From positions 1-33,902 of IMG/VR virus record IMGVR_UViG_3300049828_000060: a DNA stretch of 33,902 bases. The stretch is one strand, 5' to 3'. Under the pieces are notes generated by a model. It did not search any database. It saw nothing but the letters and a program-made list of their open reading frames with translations, and was not told where the DNA came from. The stretch comes from a virus (Duplodnaviria; Caudoviricetes). Positions 22,082-32,250 of this stretch are shown here, in pieces. Both the position numbers and the translations under genes were made by a program. How positions within the stretch are numbered: the stretch's first letter is position 1; each line of letters begins with the position of its first letter.

Positions 22082-24315
22082 TGCAGAAGATTCGCGTCCC
22101 CATCAACAGCTTTCAGTATGGTGAGGTGAGCCGTTCTGCAATGATGCGGACCGACACTCCGGTATACAACGCCTCTGCTCAAAGCTTGAAGAACATGGTT
22201 GTGATGTCCGAGGGCAGCATCGTAAAGCGTCCCGGCCTCAAAAACCACTATCGCTTCGCTGACATTGTTGAGGACACTGACAAGGTGTTTCAATCATTTG
22301 TTGCTCCGTTTGTTTTCTCAGACGATGAGCAATACTTGATCTCCATTGAGCATGAAAAGGTGCGCTGCTTCCGCTTGGTCGATGCAACTCTAAGTCTTGT
22401 GGCAACTCTTACTCAAGACACCAACACCGATCCTCTGCCCTTTGATGATGATTATCTTCATCAATACACCTACGCTCAGTATGGCGATGTTATGTTCATT
22501 TGCCATCCGTTGTTTATGCCAAGAATGTTGACCCGCACTGGCCTCACTAGCTTTGAGATTACGCCCTACACCTTTGACACCCGCGCTGATGGTTCTCAAA
22601 TCTATCAACCCTACAGCGTGTTTCATCGGCATGGTGTGACCATTGATCCTAGCGCCACTTCTGGCACTGGCGTTACCTTTACAGCTAGTACTCCATACTT
22701 TGACACAACGGGATCAATCTCTGGCGGCAGCTATCCTGACTCTCTGCATGTTGGGGTGGTCATTCGCGTTGGTGATACTGAGGTAGAGATTACCAGCGTT
22801 CAGTCTGCTACTCAGGCTACGGGTGACATCATTGGAACCCTGCGTATTCGCCTGACTGTTCTTAATCCCCTGCGGACGACAGATGGTAGCGCGGTTGTTG
22901 AAGTCACTCACATTGAGCATGGCTTTGCTGGCGGTGAGGCCATTACGATTGAGGGTGCATCTGCGGTTGGTGGCATCAATGCCGCTCAGATCAACGGCGC
23001 AAGAACTGTTGGCACGATCATCGACAACAACACTTACACCATTACTGCTGGGGCAAGCGCAAACCTTGCAGAAGATGGTGGTGGCTTGGTTAAGGTTGTC
23101 ACTCATGCCCCAACAGATCAGTGGGATGAGCAATCATTCTCTGCTGTTCGCGGCTACCCTGCAGCTGTTGCTTTCCATGAAAACCGACTTGTCTTTGGCG
23201 GAACGATTGAAGAGCCGGATACTCTTTGGTTCAGCAAGATTGGCGAGTTCTTTGACTTCGATGTCGGAACTGCTCTTGATAATGAAGCGTTCAACCTTGT
23301 TGCCGCAACTGGTGACGTGAATGAAATCCGCTACCTAGTCTCAAGCCGTGACTTGCAGGTGTTCACCGACGCTTCGGAGCTTTATGTTCCTGCGTTCTTG
23401 AATCAGGTTATCACGCCGACCAACGCCCAGATCAGAAAGCAAACGCCATATGGCAGCGTGTTTGTAACGCCGCATCCTCTGGATGGTGCGACTGTCTTTG
23501 TTCAGACTGGTGGTAACGTAGCGCGAGAGTATCTCTACACTGACTCTGAGGATGCCTATACCTCTACGGCTATCTCTACTGTTGCCTCGCATCTCTTGAC
23601 CGATCCCATCGACATGGATGTGGTTCATGGCGCATTTGAGGAAGCTGAGTCCTATGCCGTGTTGGTTCTTCGAGACGGAGACATGGCCGTCTTTGGTTCC
23701 AATCGCGCTGAGAAACGTGCTGGCTGGACCCGCTGGGAATCTGCCTCTGGCCGATTTGGTTCTGTTGCCGCTATTGATGATCGGCTCTTCGCCACTGTTT
23801 GGTGCGGTGGATACCTCAAGCTCTGCGAGTTTACTGGGGATACTGGCTTGGATAGCTATGTGTCTGGCGCTGGACCCACTATCAGTATGAGCAATGTCTT
23901 CGACAACGGAAGCACCGTTCACATTGTTGGGGTGGCTACTAGCACTGGTCGCCTTGATTACCTTGGTACTCAGGTTGTCGCCAGCAATCAGGTTACTGTC
24001 TCTTCATTCACCGGATACTCCAACTTCTATGTGGGCATCCCGTTTGTCATTGAGATCAAGACCAACCCAATTGACGCTGGGATAGGCAATGGTCCTGTCA
24101 CTGGCGATGTGCGCGGCATCTCTTCTGTCATAGTGGACATGAAGGATACTCGGTCCATGAACGTGAACAGTCGGCCACTGATTACAACTGAAGCCGTGAC
24201 TGGTAAGAGGGAGTTCAGGGTCAATGGATATGGACGCGATCCTCAAGTTACGATTACTCAGACCTACCCATTGCCGCTTCAAGTGAACGGCCTCATTGCG
24301 GAGTTGATTGTCTAA
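22081..24315 (+). CDS. Tail tubular protein B (T7 gp12-like nozzle)
   Basis: SFQYGEVS, KRPG, YAQYGDVMFICH, GYPAAVAFHENRLVFGG, LWFSKIGEFFDF; 744 aa. Confidence 0.9.
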   Translation: MQKIRVPINSFQYGEVSRSAMMRTDTPVYNASAQSLKNMVVMSEGSIVKRPGLKNHYRFADIVEDTDKVFQSFVAPFVFSDDEQYLISIEHEKVRCFRLVDATLSLVATLTQDTNTDPLPFDDDYLHQYTYAQYGDVMFICHPLFMPRMLTRTGLTSFEITPYTFDTRADGSQIYQPYSVFHRHGVTIDPSATSGTGVTFTASTPYFDTTGSISGGSYPDSLHVGVVIRVGDTEVEITSVQSATQATGDIIGTLRIRLTVLNPLRTTDGSAVVEVTHIEHGFAGGEAITIEGASAVGGINAAQINGARTVGTIIDNNTYTITAGASANLAEDGGGLVKVVTHAPTDQWDEQSFSAVRGYPAAVAFHENRLVFGGTIEEPDTLWFSKIGEFFDFDVGTALDNEAFNLVAATGDVNEIRYLVSSRDLQVFTDASELYVPAFLNQVITPTNAQIRKQTPYGSVFVTPHPLDGATVFVQTGGNVAREYLYTDSEDAYTSTAISTVASHLLTDPIDMDVVHGAFEEAESYAVLVLRDGDMAVFGSNRAEKRAGWTRWESASGRFGSVAAIDDRLFATVWCGGYLKLCEFTGDTGLDSYVSGAGPTISMSNVFDNGSTVHIVGVATSTGRLDYLGTQVVASNQVTVSSFTGYSNFYVGIPFVIEIKTNPIDAGIGNGPVTGDVRGISSVIVDMKDTRSMNVNSRPLITTEAVTGKREFRVNGYGRDPQVTITQTYPLPLQVNGLIAELIV

Positions 24316-24893
24316 TGGACCCGATCACAATGATGTTCCTTGCATCGACTGTGGCTTCTGGTGGAGCGCAGGTTGCAGGTGGAATTGGGGCTGCACGAAC
24401 CGCTAAGTTCAATGCTTGGCAGACTGAGTTTGCTGGTCGGCTCGAAGCCTTCAACATTGAGAGTGAGCGCAAGCTCAGCATGGCCGAGGCGGCACAGCGT
24501 CACAACGATAGGCTTCAGCTTTATCGTGAGAACCTGTCATCCAACATTGCATCCTTCGCGGCATCTGGTCGTGACGTTGGCGGAAGTGATCGGACTGTTG
24601 CTGCGTTTCTTGAGCGTCAAAAAGAGGTTGCGGCTGGCGACACTAACCGCTCTGACTTCATGGCTCAGATTCAATCGCAGAAAATGATGGCTGAAGCTGA
24701 GTCTGCACGGGCTGGCGGTCAGCAACGCGCTGCGGCGATTAGGGCAGAAGGCAAGGCTGCTGCTGTCTCAGCGGCGATTGGTGCGTTTACCACTGTTGCT
24801 GGTGGCCTGCACCAATACAACATGATCCGAACTCCTGCACCGACTCGCTCTACTACAGTGCGGCCACGAGCTAACCCATTTACAGGTTCATAA
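24315..24893 (+). CDS. Internal virion protein (T7 gp14-like)
   Basis: MDPIT start with hydrophobic Ala/Gly segments, AASG.D motif; follows the nozzle gene. Confidence 0.75.
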   Translation: MDPITMMFLASTVASGGAQVAGGIGAARTAKFNAWQTEFAGRLEAFNIESERKLSMAEAAQRHNDRLQLYRENLSSNIASFAASGRDVGGSDRTVAAFLERQKEVAAGDTNRSDFMAQIQSQKMMAEAESARAGGQQRAAAIRAEGKAAAVSAAIGAFTTVAGGLHQYNMIRTPAPTRSTTVRPRANPFTGS

Positions 24894-25520
24894 ATGTCGA
24901 TCATCCGCGAGAAGAATCAGTTTGCCATTGGCCCTATCGGTGTAGCTAGAACTGCTGCTCCCGTTGAGGGAAGCAATGCGGCTAGCACAATAGCTGAGTC
25001 GGTATATCGCTCTGCCAATCAGATGTCGGAAATGTTCTTTCGTCGCGCCGCTCAGAAGGCTGAGAAGGCTGGCTTAGAAACTGCGGCTGGCGTAGCGCCG
25101 ACTGACATTATGCTGATTGATCCTGCGACTGGTGCGCCCAAGGCTTACGAACCGCCAAAGGGCATGGGCCTAATTGCTCAAGAAGCTTATCAGCGTGTGA
25201 TCGCTACTCGCTTCCAAGCTGCTATTGAGGATGAGATCAAACTCAAGGCTACTGAGTTGTCGATTAAGTATGATGGATCGGTTGACCGCTACTCTGCGGC
25301 AATGAGCGAATACATTGGGGCAATGGCTGAGAACGCAGATGGTCAGTTCAAGGGGCTGATTGTTGATATTGGCAGTAGCTATCTAAACGCAACACGCGGA
25401 GCAATGGCTCTGGACCAGATGCGTAAAGAGCGAGACGCGGCAAAGAAAGCTTATGAGGTTTCTTACAATGCAGGGCTTTTAGCTTTGGAAGATGCGTCTG
25501 CCTACGGCTATGAGGAGTAA
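24894..25520 (+). CDS. Internal virion protein (ejection protein, part 1)
   Basis: Helical Ala-rich 208 aa in the gp15 position. Confidence 0.65.
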   Translation: MSIIREKNQFAIGPIGVARTAAPVEGSNAASTIAESVYRSANQMSEMFFRRAAQKAEKAGLETAAGVAPTDIMLIDPATGAPKAYEPPKGMGLIAQEAYQRVIATRFQAAIEDEIKLKATELSIKYDGSVDRYSAAMSEYIGAMAENADGQFKGLIVDIGSSYLNATRGAMALDQMRKERDAAKKAYEVSYNAGLLALEDASAYGYEE

Positions 25521-25525
25521 AGACA

Positions 25526-28018
25526 ATGGATGAGACCAAACAAAAGCTAAGCTTCTCGAATGTTCCCGCACTAAACCCATCAAGCCTTGGTGGGTTTCTT
25601 GCTTCGTCCATGAAGGTTGCCCAAGAGGATGTGATTAAGGCTGAGCTTGCGCCGCCTGAATCTATGGCCCAGCTTAACTTCGATCAGCAACAGGCTGTTG
25701 CCCGTGGTTTCCTGCGTGGCTTTGTAAACAAGCTGGACAAAACCAACCCTGACAGCAAGGAAATCCTGAACATCCTGAACGGAGCCATCCGTTCTCAGGA
25801 CTTTGCAACTGTTGAGTCTATCTCTCCAAAGCTTGCCTCTGCCCTTTCAATCTACAAGGAAAACCCAAAAGCCTTTAACGACTATCAGTCCTTCTCCAAG
25901 GAAGTTCTGCAAGGTCAGATGGCTGTTGTTGAGTCCACCAGCAAACTGAGGGAAGCAGAGGTTAAAGCCGCTGTTGCTCAGGATGCTCGTCTCTTTGGTT
26001 CCGACACTGAGAAGCTTGCAACCAAAGTTAGGAACACGGCGTCCACAATTGCTGGCATTGGATCGTATACCCGCGAGGGCAACCTTCAGATTCAGGGTCT
26101 TCGTGAGGCTGCGGTAAATGAGCCTGATGATGTAATTCGTCAGGCATTGACTGACCGCGCCAACGCCTACGAGGCTTCACTGATTGATGGCTCAGTGTCA
26201 AACCTTGTTCGTGGCTTCACGCCACAGGATGTTAGCCGCTTGCGTCTGGCATTTGCTGATGGCGACTATAGCAACCTGAAGCCAGAAGAGCGCACTAAGT
26301 TCTTCATCATGCAGCAAAGCTTCCAGTCTCCGGAAGCGCGCAAACAGATTGACGATCAGCTTGCGTCTTATGCTGCTGGACCTGCAAAGTTTACCGAACA
26401 GAAGGCAAAGGATGCTGCACTTAGCACCCTTGATACTGATGTTTCATCCCGCCTTCCTCTGTTCCCTACGTTTACTAACTCCTTCCAGATTGAGAGCGCG
26501 GTCTCCAATCTGACTGGCAAGATCAATTCTATCTCTGGCCTGCCGGACGGTGATCGTTCTTCCGCAATCGAAGCTGTGAATGTTGGGGCCGCAAGGTCTT
26601 CACTGGCTTTGGCTATGAAGTTCACATCAACCGAAGCCGATACGCTTGCCATCAATAGCTACATCCGCACTGGCAATCGGGGCAACCTGCCAGACAGTGT
26701 GGTCAAATCCCTTGATGAGTTTAAGCAATACGCAACTGGAGTTGGCGATAAGGGGTTTGTTGACTCAACGCTGAACTCTATGACCTTGCAGCGTGACCGC
26801 GAAATCAAGGCTTTGAATGAACAGCGCGAAAAGCAAAGAGCTATTGCTGATGTAGCTGTAGGCATGGGCAATGCTGAAACGGATGGCGGACGTGCTGCGG
26901 CAAGCGGCCTGCTTCTGAACAACTTGAATAGAGCAGTAACCTCTGCTGGAGCTCCTCCATTGCCCGATGTTCCTCGGGACTTCTTTACCAACCCGACCTA
27001 CGTTCAAGACCCCAACTTGGCCAACGTGTTCACCAGCATTTACTCTACGCCGGGAGCCATGCCGAATGAGCTTCTTGTTGCGCTTGAGTCCGTTGCCGAT
27101 GGAAACATTCGGACGCAGGGTGGCTTTGACTACAAGACTGTCCTCTCTCACTATCAGCGTATGAAGGCTATCCCTGCTGCATCTGGGACTATCTTGAACC
27201 CAGCACTTAATGCTCTGTCTCTTGAAGAGCGCGGGATGCTTGATTTCTTGGTGGAAGCGCCACGGCTTCTTGGATCAGAGGATGCGTTGATTCCAATGAT
27301 TTCATCTGCAAACCAAGTTCGGATGCAAGAGAGCTTTCCCAAAAACGTAGAGCGTTTCCTTGGGGACGTTAAGCTTGAAGACTGGATGCAAGAGTCGCTT
27401 GGCGATAACTACGCATTGCTTAACGGACCTCAGCGAGAGTCGGTTAAGGCCTTGACCAACTTCATGATTGCTCAGAGCATGTCCACTGATGGGATGGCTT
27501 TGACTCCTAAGAGCTTGGCCCGCAGGCTTAATAGCCAGATGGATGAATTCTTCCCTGATGGTCGAGGCTATGTGGTTGAGCTTGTGGAGGGTATGCCTTC
27601 TCGGCGCACCAAGTATGCCCTGTCTCAAACTGTTGGTACAAACCAAGATGAGTTTGTTGGCTATGTTCTGGATCAGGTTGGTCAGTATGCGCCGGAAGGT
27701 CTTCGCGCTAAGAGCTTCTCTAGCGACATGCCATCCATCATCTTCGAAGACGGAAGCAAGATTGAACCCTACCTTGAGCTTATTCCGCGAGGCCCAGATG
27801 GTCTTGGCGGTGTCTCATACATGGTTGCTGAGTTTGACCCGGGGACTGGTATTCGCACCACGATCAATCGCAATGATGGCCAAGGCCCACTCATGATCTC
27901 AACGCGTGAGCGTGGGTTTGTTTCTATCGTCAATGACATCGAAGCTCAGAAGGTGCTTAATGCTGAGCAAGAGCGCGACGTGCGCCGCTCCTTCGAAAAC
28001 TTGGTAATCTCTCCGTAA
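25526..28018 (+). CDS. Internal virion protein (gp15-like ejection protein, part 2)
   Basis: 830-aa helical ORF with its own GAGGAG RBS; synteny. Confidence 0.7.
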   Translation: MDETKQKLSFSNVPALNPSSLGGFLASSMKVAQEDVIKAELAPPESMAQLNFDQQQAVARGFLRGFVNKLDKTNPDSKEILNILNGAIRSQDFATVESISPKLASALSIYKENPKAFNDYQSFSKEVLQGQMAVVESTSKLREAEVKAAVAQDARLFGSDTEKLATKVRNTASTIAGIGSYTREGNLQIQGLREAAVNEPDDVIRQALTDRANAYEASLIDGSVSNLVRGFTPQDVSRLRLAFADGDYSNLKPEERTKFFIMQQSFQSPEARKQIDDQLASYAAGPAKFTEQKAKDAALSTLDTDVSSRLPLFPTFTNSFQIESAVSNLTGKINSISGLPDGDRSSAIEAVNVGAARSSLALAMKFTSTEADTLAINSYIRTGNRGNLPDSVVKSLDEFKQYATGVGDKGFVDSTLNSMTLQRDREIKALNEQREKQRAIADVAVGMGNAETDGGRAAASGLLLNNLNRAVTSAGAPPLPDVPRDFFTNPTYVQDPNLANVFTSIYSTPGAMPNELLVALESVADGNIRTQGGFDYKTVLSHYQRMKAIPAASGTILNPALNALSLEERGMLDFLVEAPRLLGSEDALIPMISSANQVRMQESFPKNVERFLGDVKLEDWMQESLGDNYALLNGPQRESVKALTNFMIAQSMSTDGMALTPKSLARRLNSQMDEFFPDGRGYVVELVEGMPSRRTKYALSQTVGTNQDEFVGYVLDQVGQYAPEGLRAKSFSSDMPSIIFEDGSKIEPYLELIPRGPDGLGGVSYMVAEFDPGTGIRTTINRNDGQGPLMISTRERGFVSIVNDIEAQKVLNAEQERDVRRSFENLVISP

Positions 28019-28030
28019 AGGAAAGCAGAC

Positions 28031-31000
28031 ATGGCTATCACTGAAGCTGAACTGGTTGGCGGCACTAACGATCCCACCAGCTATGCCAGACCCTTTCGGC
28101 CCAGAACTCCTACTGTTTCTCAAGCTGTAGGCAATGAAATCTCCTACTACTTTGGTGGCATTGCTGAACAGCTAAGACAGAATGTTACCTACGGAACCAA
28201 GATTGAAGAAGGATATGACTTTACCAAGCATATCCCTACTGGCTTTGAGGGCTACGCTTCTGCGTTTGCAACGACAGTAAACCCTGAACATGCTGCCGAT
28301 GTAGCTCGGTTCATCACCAAGCGTCAGGAGCTACGTCAGGATCAATCAGATACTCCGGTGGGAACATCGCTGGTTGGTGCGCTTCTTAATCCAATCAACT
28401 TGATTCCTATTCCTCTCGGCGTTGCAATGTCTGGGACGCGGGCATCGCTTGCTTTGACTGCCAGCCGTGGCGCACTTGCTGTTGGCGGTGTTGAATTTGC
28501 TGCCAACCTTGGCATTGAGCAAACCGATCCGGTTCAAACTTGGACTGAGACATTTATGAACACGGCAACCGCTGCTGCGTTTGGTGGCGTTGCAACTGGC
28601 TTGTTTTCCGTTCCCGCCGTCTCAAAGACCAATGCTCTGGCTAAGGTCCGTGAGCAATCGACCGCAATCTTTACTGCGGCTCGCTCTATGGAAACGATGG
28701 GGGGCATGACTCCCGGTGCTATTGATCGCTTTACGGCGCGCAATACTCGACCGCTTGGTCAGACTGAGAACGTTGAAGACGCACTGCTCGGCGTCAACAC
28801 TCGTATCGCTGACCTTGAGCGTGAGCTTGTTATCATTGCCGATGGAAGCGGTGAGGCTCGACTCATTCAGGATGAGATTGATGAGCTTAAGATGCAGCGC
28901 CAAGGCTTTGCCGATGAGGCTTTCTTCCGCAAGGTAGAAGAGGCTGGCGTTGATCTTGGTGACATCTATCGCCCGTCAGAAGGTGCAGATAATCCCTTCA
29001 TCAACTTCGTTACCAATCCATTCCGCAGGGCAATCACTGCTAACTTCGGCGCTGCAAACAACGATGTGAAGAAGGCGTTTGTTGCGTTGGCTGGCGATGC
29101 TGGAACGCAACTCAAGCTGCATGAGGCTGGCGTTACGGCCCCGCTTTCTGTGCATCAACTCTCGACCAAAGACATTGGCGAGTTTGCAGTAACCTATGAT
29201 GGGATGGTCAAGCTGTGGGCTGAAGATACTGGCGCACCTGCACCGGGGACTTCTGTTCTAAGCAATCCCGATGTGAACATGACCAGCCTTTCCAGAATGG
29301 TTCAGCGTGATGGCCTGACCATTACGGCTTGGCTGTCAGAGGTAAACCGCAAGCGAGTCGTTGGCGGCGACATGACATCTGCTGAGGCTCGCGCTGCTCG
29401 GATGATGGATGATTACTTTGCTCGCTGGGAAGAGCGCCTGATTGAGACTGGGCAGCTTCGCACCAAGGCAACCCTAGCTCATAAGGTAAACGATCTTGAG
29501 CTTGAGGTGACTGCGCTTCGTGAGCGGATCGTAACTGCATCTGACGACAAGCTTGATGAACTCAATGCCACTCTTGCTTCGCGTCAGTCTGTCTTGGACG
29601 AGACGCGCTTTGAGCTTGAGAACCCAATGCTGGCCGAAAAGGAGGAAGCGTTTCTTCCCCGCTATTGGAACATGGGTGAGGTTCGCAAAAACCGCCAAGA
29701 GCTTAAGGACATCCTAATTAACTGGTATGAGCAAAACCCCTACATCATTCGGTTCAGCGATGAGACGATGAAGTGGGAGCGCATTGATCTGCCTGCTGAT
29801 CGTGATGCCATTGCTAAGCGGGCAGATGAAACCATCGAAACCATTCTTGGAAACCGCACTGACCCAGAGGGGCAGAACGTGTTCACCGGGGCTGGCCGTC
29901 CAAGCGCCTTGCGTTCTCGTCAACTCGACATCCCAAACAGCTTGGTGTTCAAGTTCATTGAGCAGAACCCAGTAAACGTCATGTCTTCTTATGCGTCTCG
30001 GACTAGCGCATCCTATCACTTTGCCAAACAGTTTGGCGGCAACCGCTCCAAGGTTGTTGGTGACATGAGGGCTAAGCTTGCTCTTGCTGGCGTTAAGCCT
30101 GATGTAATTGAGAAGACGGTTCGAGACTTCAACCACCTCTATGATCGGGTGATTGGTCGAGTGATCCAAGACCCTGACGCTTGGAACCAAAGGGCTGCTG
30201 CGCTTCTGCGCGATGCTGCATCATTCACCTATCTTGGTGGCGCTGGCATTGCTGCTGTCGGAGACTTTGGCCGCATCGTAATGGAGCATGAAGGTCAAAC
30301 TGTTGTTCGCGTTGCTCAGGCTATGTTTGATCCAGTGCTTCGGAAAGCGTCACGGGATCAGGTTCGCGCTGCTGGTGGTGCCTTGGACATGCTCTTGGGT
30401 TCTGCACACCTTCGCATGGTAGACGATCAGAACTACAACGTTATCAGCAATGGGGTAATGGATCGTGCGCGAAACACCTTCCATACCCTAAACCTTCTTG
30501 GCCCAGTCACCACGATTGCTAAGCAATTCTCTGGCGCTCTTGCTGGTCACAACCTAATTGAGCTTTCAGGCAAACTGGCCAATGGAACGGCGACTGAGTT
30601 TGACATCACCTACCTTGCCCGTCACGGGATTGATCCTGACTTGGCTCGGGCGATTGCTGAGTCCCCGTATCAGGTTGATCCCAAGACTGGGTTCATCCTG
30701 CCAAACGCCGATGAGTGGGCTGGCAACTACAAGGTTCCAACTGTTGAGGGGAATCGAGTTCGCATCATTGAGGTCAATGAGGACGGTTCTTCTGTAGGCA
30801 AGACCAATGACGCTGGTGAGTATGTTGCTGCCTTCTATCGTCCTGACGAAGAGGGGCCGGGAGGCACTATCTACTTCGACCGCGAGTACATTGAAGGAAA
30901 AATGTTTGATGACAAAGCGTGGACTAAGCCCCGAAAGGAAGGTGTTGATCCTCTTCCGAATGATGCTTTCAAAACCCCTCGGGAGTGGTCTAACTTTGTT

Positions 31001-32191
31001 ATGCTTCATGAAATCATGCACACTCGATTTGGAATTAATGATATTGAGTTTGAAATTCCAAAGCCAAAACAAGGGTTTACAAGGATTTATCGCTTTGCCG
31101 TAAAAGATCAAAAACGAGGTAAGGTTTCTGATTGGGTTGCGGAAAGTGAAGACTATCAAAACATGTTGAAAGCAACTGGCCGTTGGTTCTCTGACGATCT
31201 TGAAGAGGCACAATGGTATGTTAAGGAAAACCCAGAAGGTGAACTTCTATATGTTGATGTCCCAACAAAAGACCTTGAGTCTTATAGGGTTTCAAACATA
31301 GTCGAAACTGAAGACAAGTTGGACCCCAAATCTTTTTCAGCAAGGGCTGAGAAAGAGTTGTTTGTATCACGTGAGATTGCGGATCGCTCATTGCCCATGT
31401 CTTCACTTCGTTCTTCTGGCTATGAGAACAGGATCAATCAGCTTGCTATGATTGAGCACAAGAAGTCTCAGAAGATGGCGCAAGATACAGCTGATCGCTT
31501 CCGCACAGCGGTCAACACGTCGATCAACAACACTGTCTTGATGGCAACTCCTGCTGACAAGCCGATCATGATGGATGGCGTGGTCTATGTGAAAGCTGAG
31601 CTTGGCGCTCGTATTGGCCTTGAGCCTGACAAGAAGAACCCGGCCTACTCTCGGATTGAGAACGCCTTTCTTGCGCTACCCTTGCAGTTCTATGCCTACT
31701 CCTTGGCCAACGTGAACAAGACGGTTGGCTTGATGATGCAAGGCGCTGTGCGTAACCGCACGATGGGCATCGCTGCCATGATGGGCTTGGGTTACATGGT
31801 CACGGCCATTCGAACTCCAGACTATGTTTGGGAAAAGATGCCGATACAGGACAAGCTTGCTCGGTCCTTTGACATGTCCGGCATTGCCGCCCTCTACAGC
31901 GATCTGTTCTACACTGGCTTGCAAACATCACTGGCGTTTGGTGGACCAAACATCACGGGTGGCTTTATCTCTCCGCGCTTCCCGCAGAAGCCAAACATGG
32001 TGGATGCTGTTACTGGTCTAACTGGTGCTGGCACTTCATGGGCTGCTGACATGGGCCGCTCGGCTGCTTCGTTTGCCAATGGCGATTACAGCGAAGGAGC
32101 TGCTACGTTTGTGAAGAACCTGCCCTTCTCAAATCTGTGGTTCATTCGCGGCGAAGTGAACGAGTTTAGCCGATACCTTCGGGGTCAGTAA
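28031..32191 (+). CDS. Large internal virion protein (gp16-like) with inserted HExxH metallopeptidase and ART-like domains
   Basis: 1386 aa; FLPRYWN, TYLGGAGIAAVGD, LPLQFYAYS and KNLPFSNLW motifs of large ejection proteins; HEIMH at 31007-31021. Confidence 0.8.
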   Translation: MAITEAELVGGTNDPTSYARPFRPRTPTVSQAVGNEISYYFGGIAEQLRQNVTYGTKIEEGYDFTKHIPTGFEGYASAFATTVNPEHAADVARFITKRQELRQDQSDTPVGTSLVGALLNPINLIPIPLGVAMSGTRASLALTASRGALAVGGVEFAANLGIEQTDPVQTWTETFMNTATAAAFGGVATGLFSVPAVSKTNALAKVREQSTAIFTAARSMETMGGMTPGAIDRFTARNTRPLGQTENVEDALLGVNTRIADLERELVIIADGSGEARLIQDEIDELKMQRQGFADEAFFRKVEEAGVDLGDIYRPSEGADNPFINFVTNPFRRAITANFGAANNDVKKAFVALAGDAGTQLKLHEAGVTAPLSVHQLSTKDIGEFAVTYDGMVKLWAEDTGAPAPGTSVLSNPDVNMTSLSRMVQRDGLTITAWLSEVNRKRVVGGDMTSAEARAARMMDDYFARWEERLIETGQLRTKATLAHKVNDLELEVTALRERIVTASDDKLDELNATLASRQSVLDETRFELENPMLAEKEEAFLPRYWNMGEVRKNRQELKDILINWYEQNPYIIRFSDETMKWERIDLPADRDAIAKRADETIETILGNRTDPEGQNVFTGAGRPSALRSRQLDIPNSLVFKFIEQNPVNVMSSYASRTSASYHFAKQFGGNRSKVVGDMRAKLALAGVKPDVIEKTVRDFNHLYDRVIGRVIQDPDAWNQRAAALLRDAASFTYLGGAGIAAVGDFGRIVMEHEGQTVVRVAQAMFDPVLRKASRDQVRAAGGALDMLLGSAHLRMVDDQNYNVISNGVMDRARNTFHTLNLLGPVTTIAKQFSGALAGHNLIELSGKLANGTATEFDITYLARHGIDPDLARAIAESPYQVDPKTGFILPNADEWAGNYKVPTVEGNRVRIIEVNEDGSSVGKTNDAGEYVAAFYRPDEEGPGGTIYFDREYIEGKMFDDKAWTKPRKEGVDPLPNDAFKTPREWSNFVMLHEIMHTRFGINDIEFEIPKPKQGFTRIYRFAVKDQKRGKVSDWVAESEDYQNMLKATGRWFSDDLEEAQWYVKENPEGELLYVDVPTKDLESYRVSNIVETEDKLDPKSFSARAEKELFVSREIADRSLPMSSLRSSGYENRINQLAMIEHKKSQKMAQDTADRFRTAVNTSINNTVLMATPADKPIMMDGVVYVKAELGARIGLEPDKKNPAYSRIENAFLALPLQFYAYSLANVNKTVGLMMQGAVRNRTMGIAAMMGLGYMVTAIRTPDYVWEKMPIQDKLARSFDMSGIAALYSDLFYTGLQTSLAFGGPNITGGFISPRFPQKPNMVDAVTGLTGAGTSWAADMGRSAASFANGDYSEGAATFVKNLPFSNLWFIRGEVNEFSRYLRGQ

Positions 32192-32193
32192 TC

Positions 32194-32243
32194 TTTGTGC
32201 GTTGATGCAGCTTCTCTACGCTGCAATGAGTGGCGTAGAGAGG
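32194..32243 (+). promoter_or_regulatory. Late promoter motif copy 4 plus RBS-sequestering hairpin
   Basis: TTTGTGCGTTG (32194-32204); CTTCTCTACGC (32211-32221) pairs with GCGTAGAGAGG (32233-32243). Confidence 0.6.
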
Positions 32244-32250
32244 TGTTCCT

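Noticed and set aside
30725-31470. Intein or homing endonuclease insertion
   Set aside because: No C/S...HN-C/S/T splice junctions and no LAGLIDADG or HNH motifs
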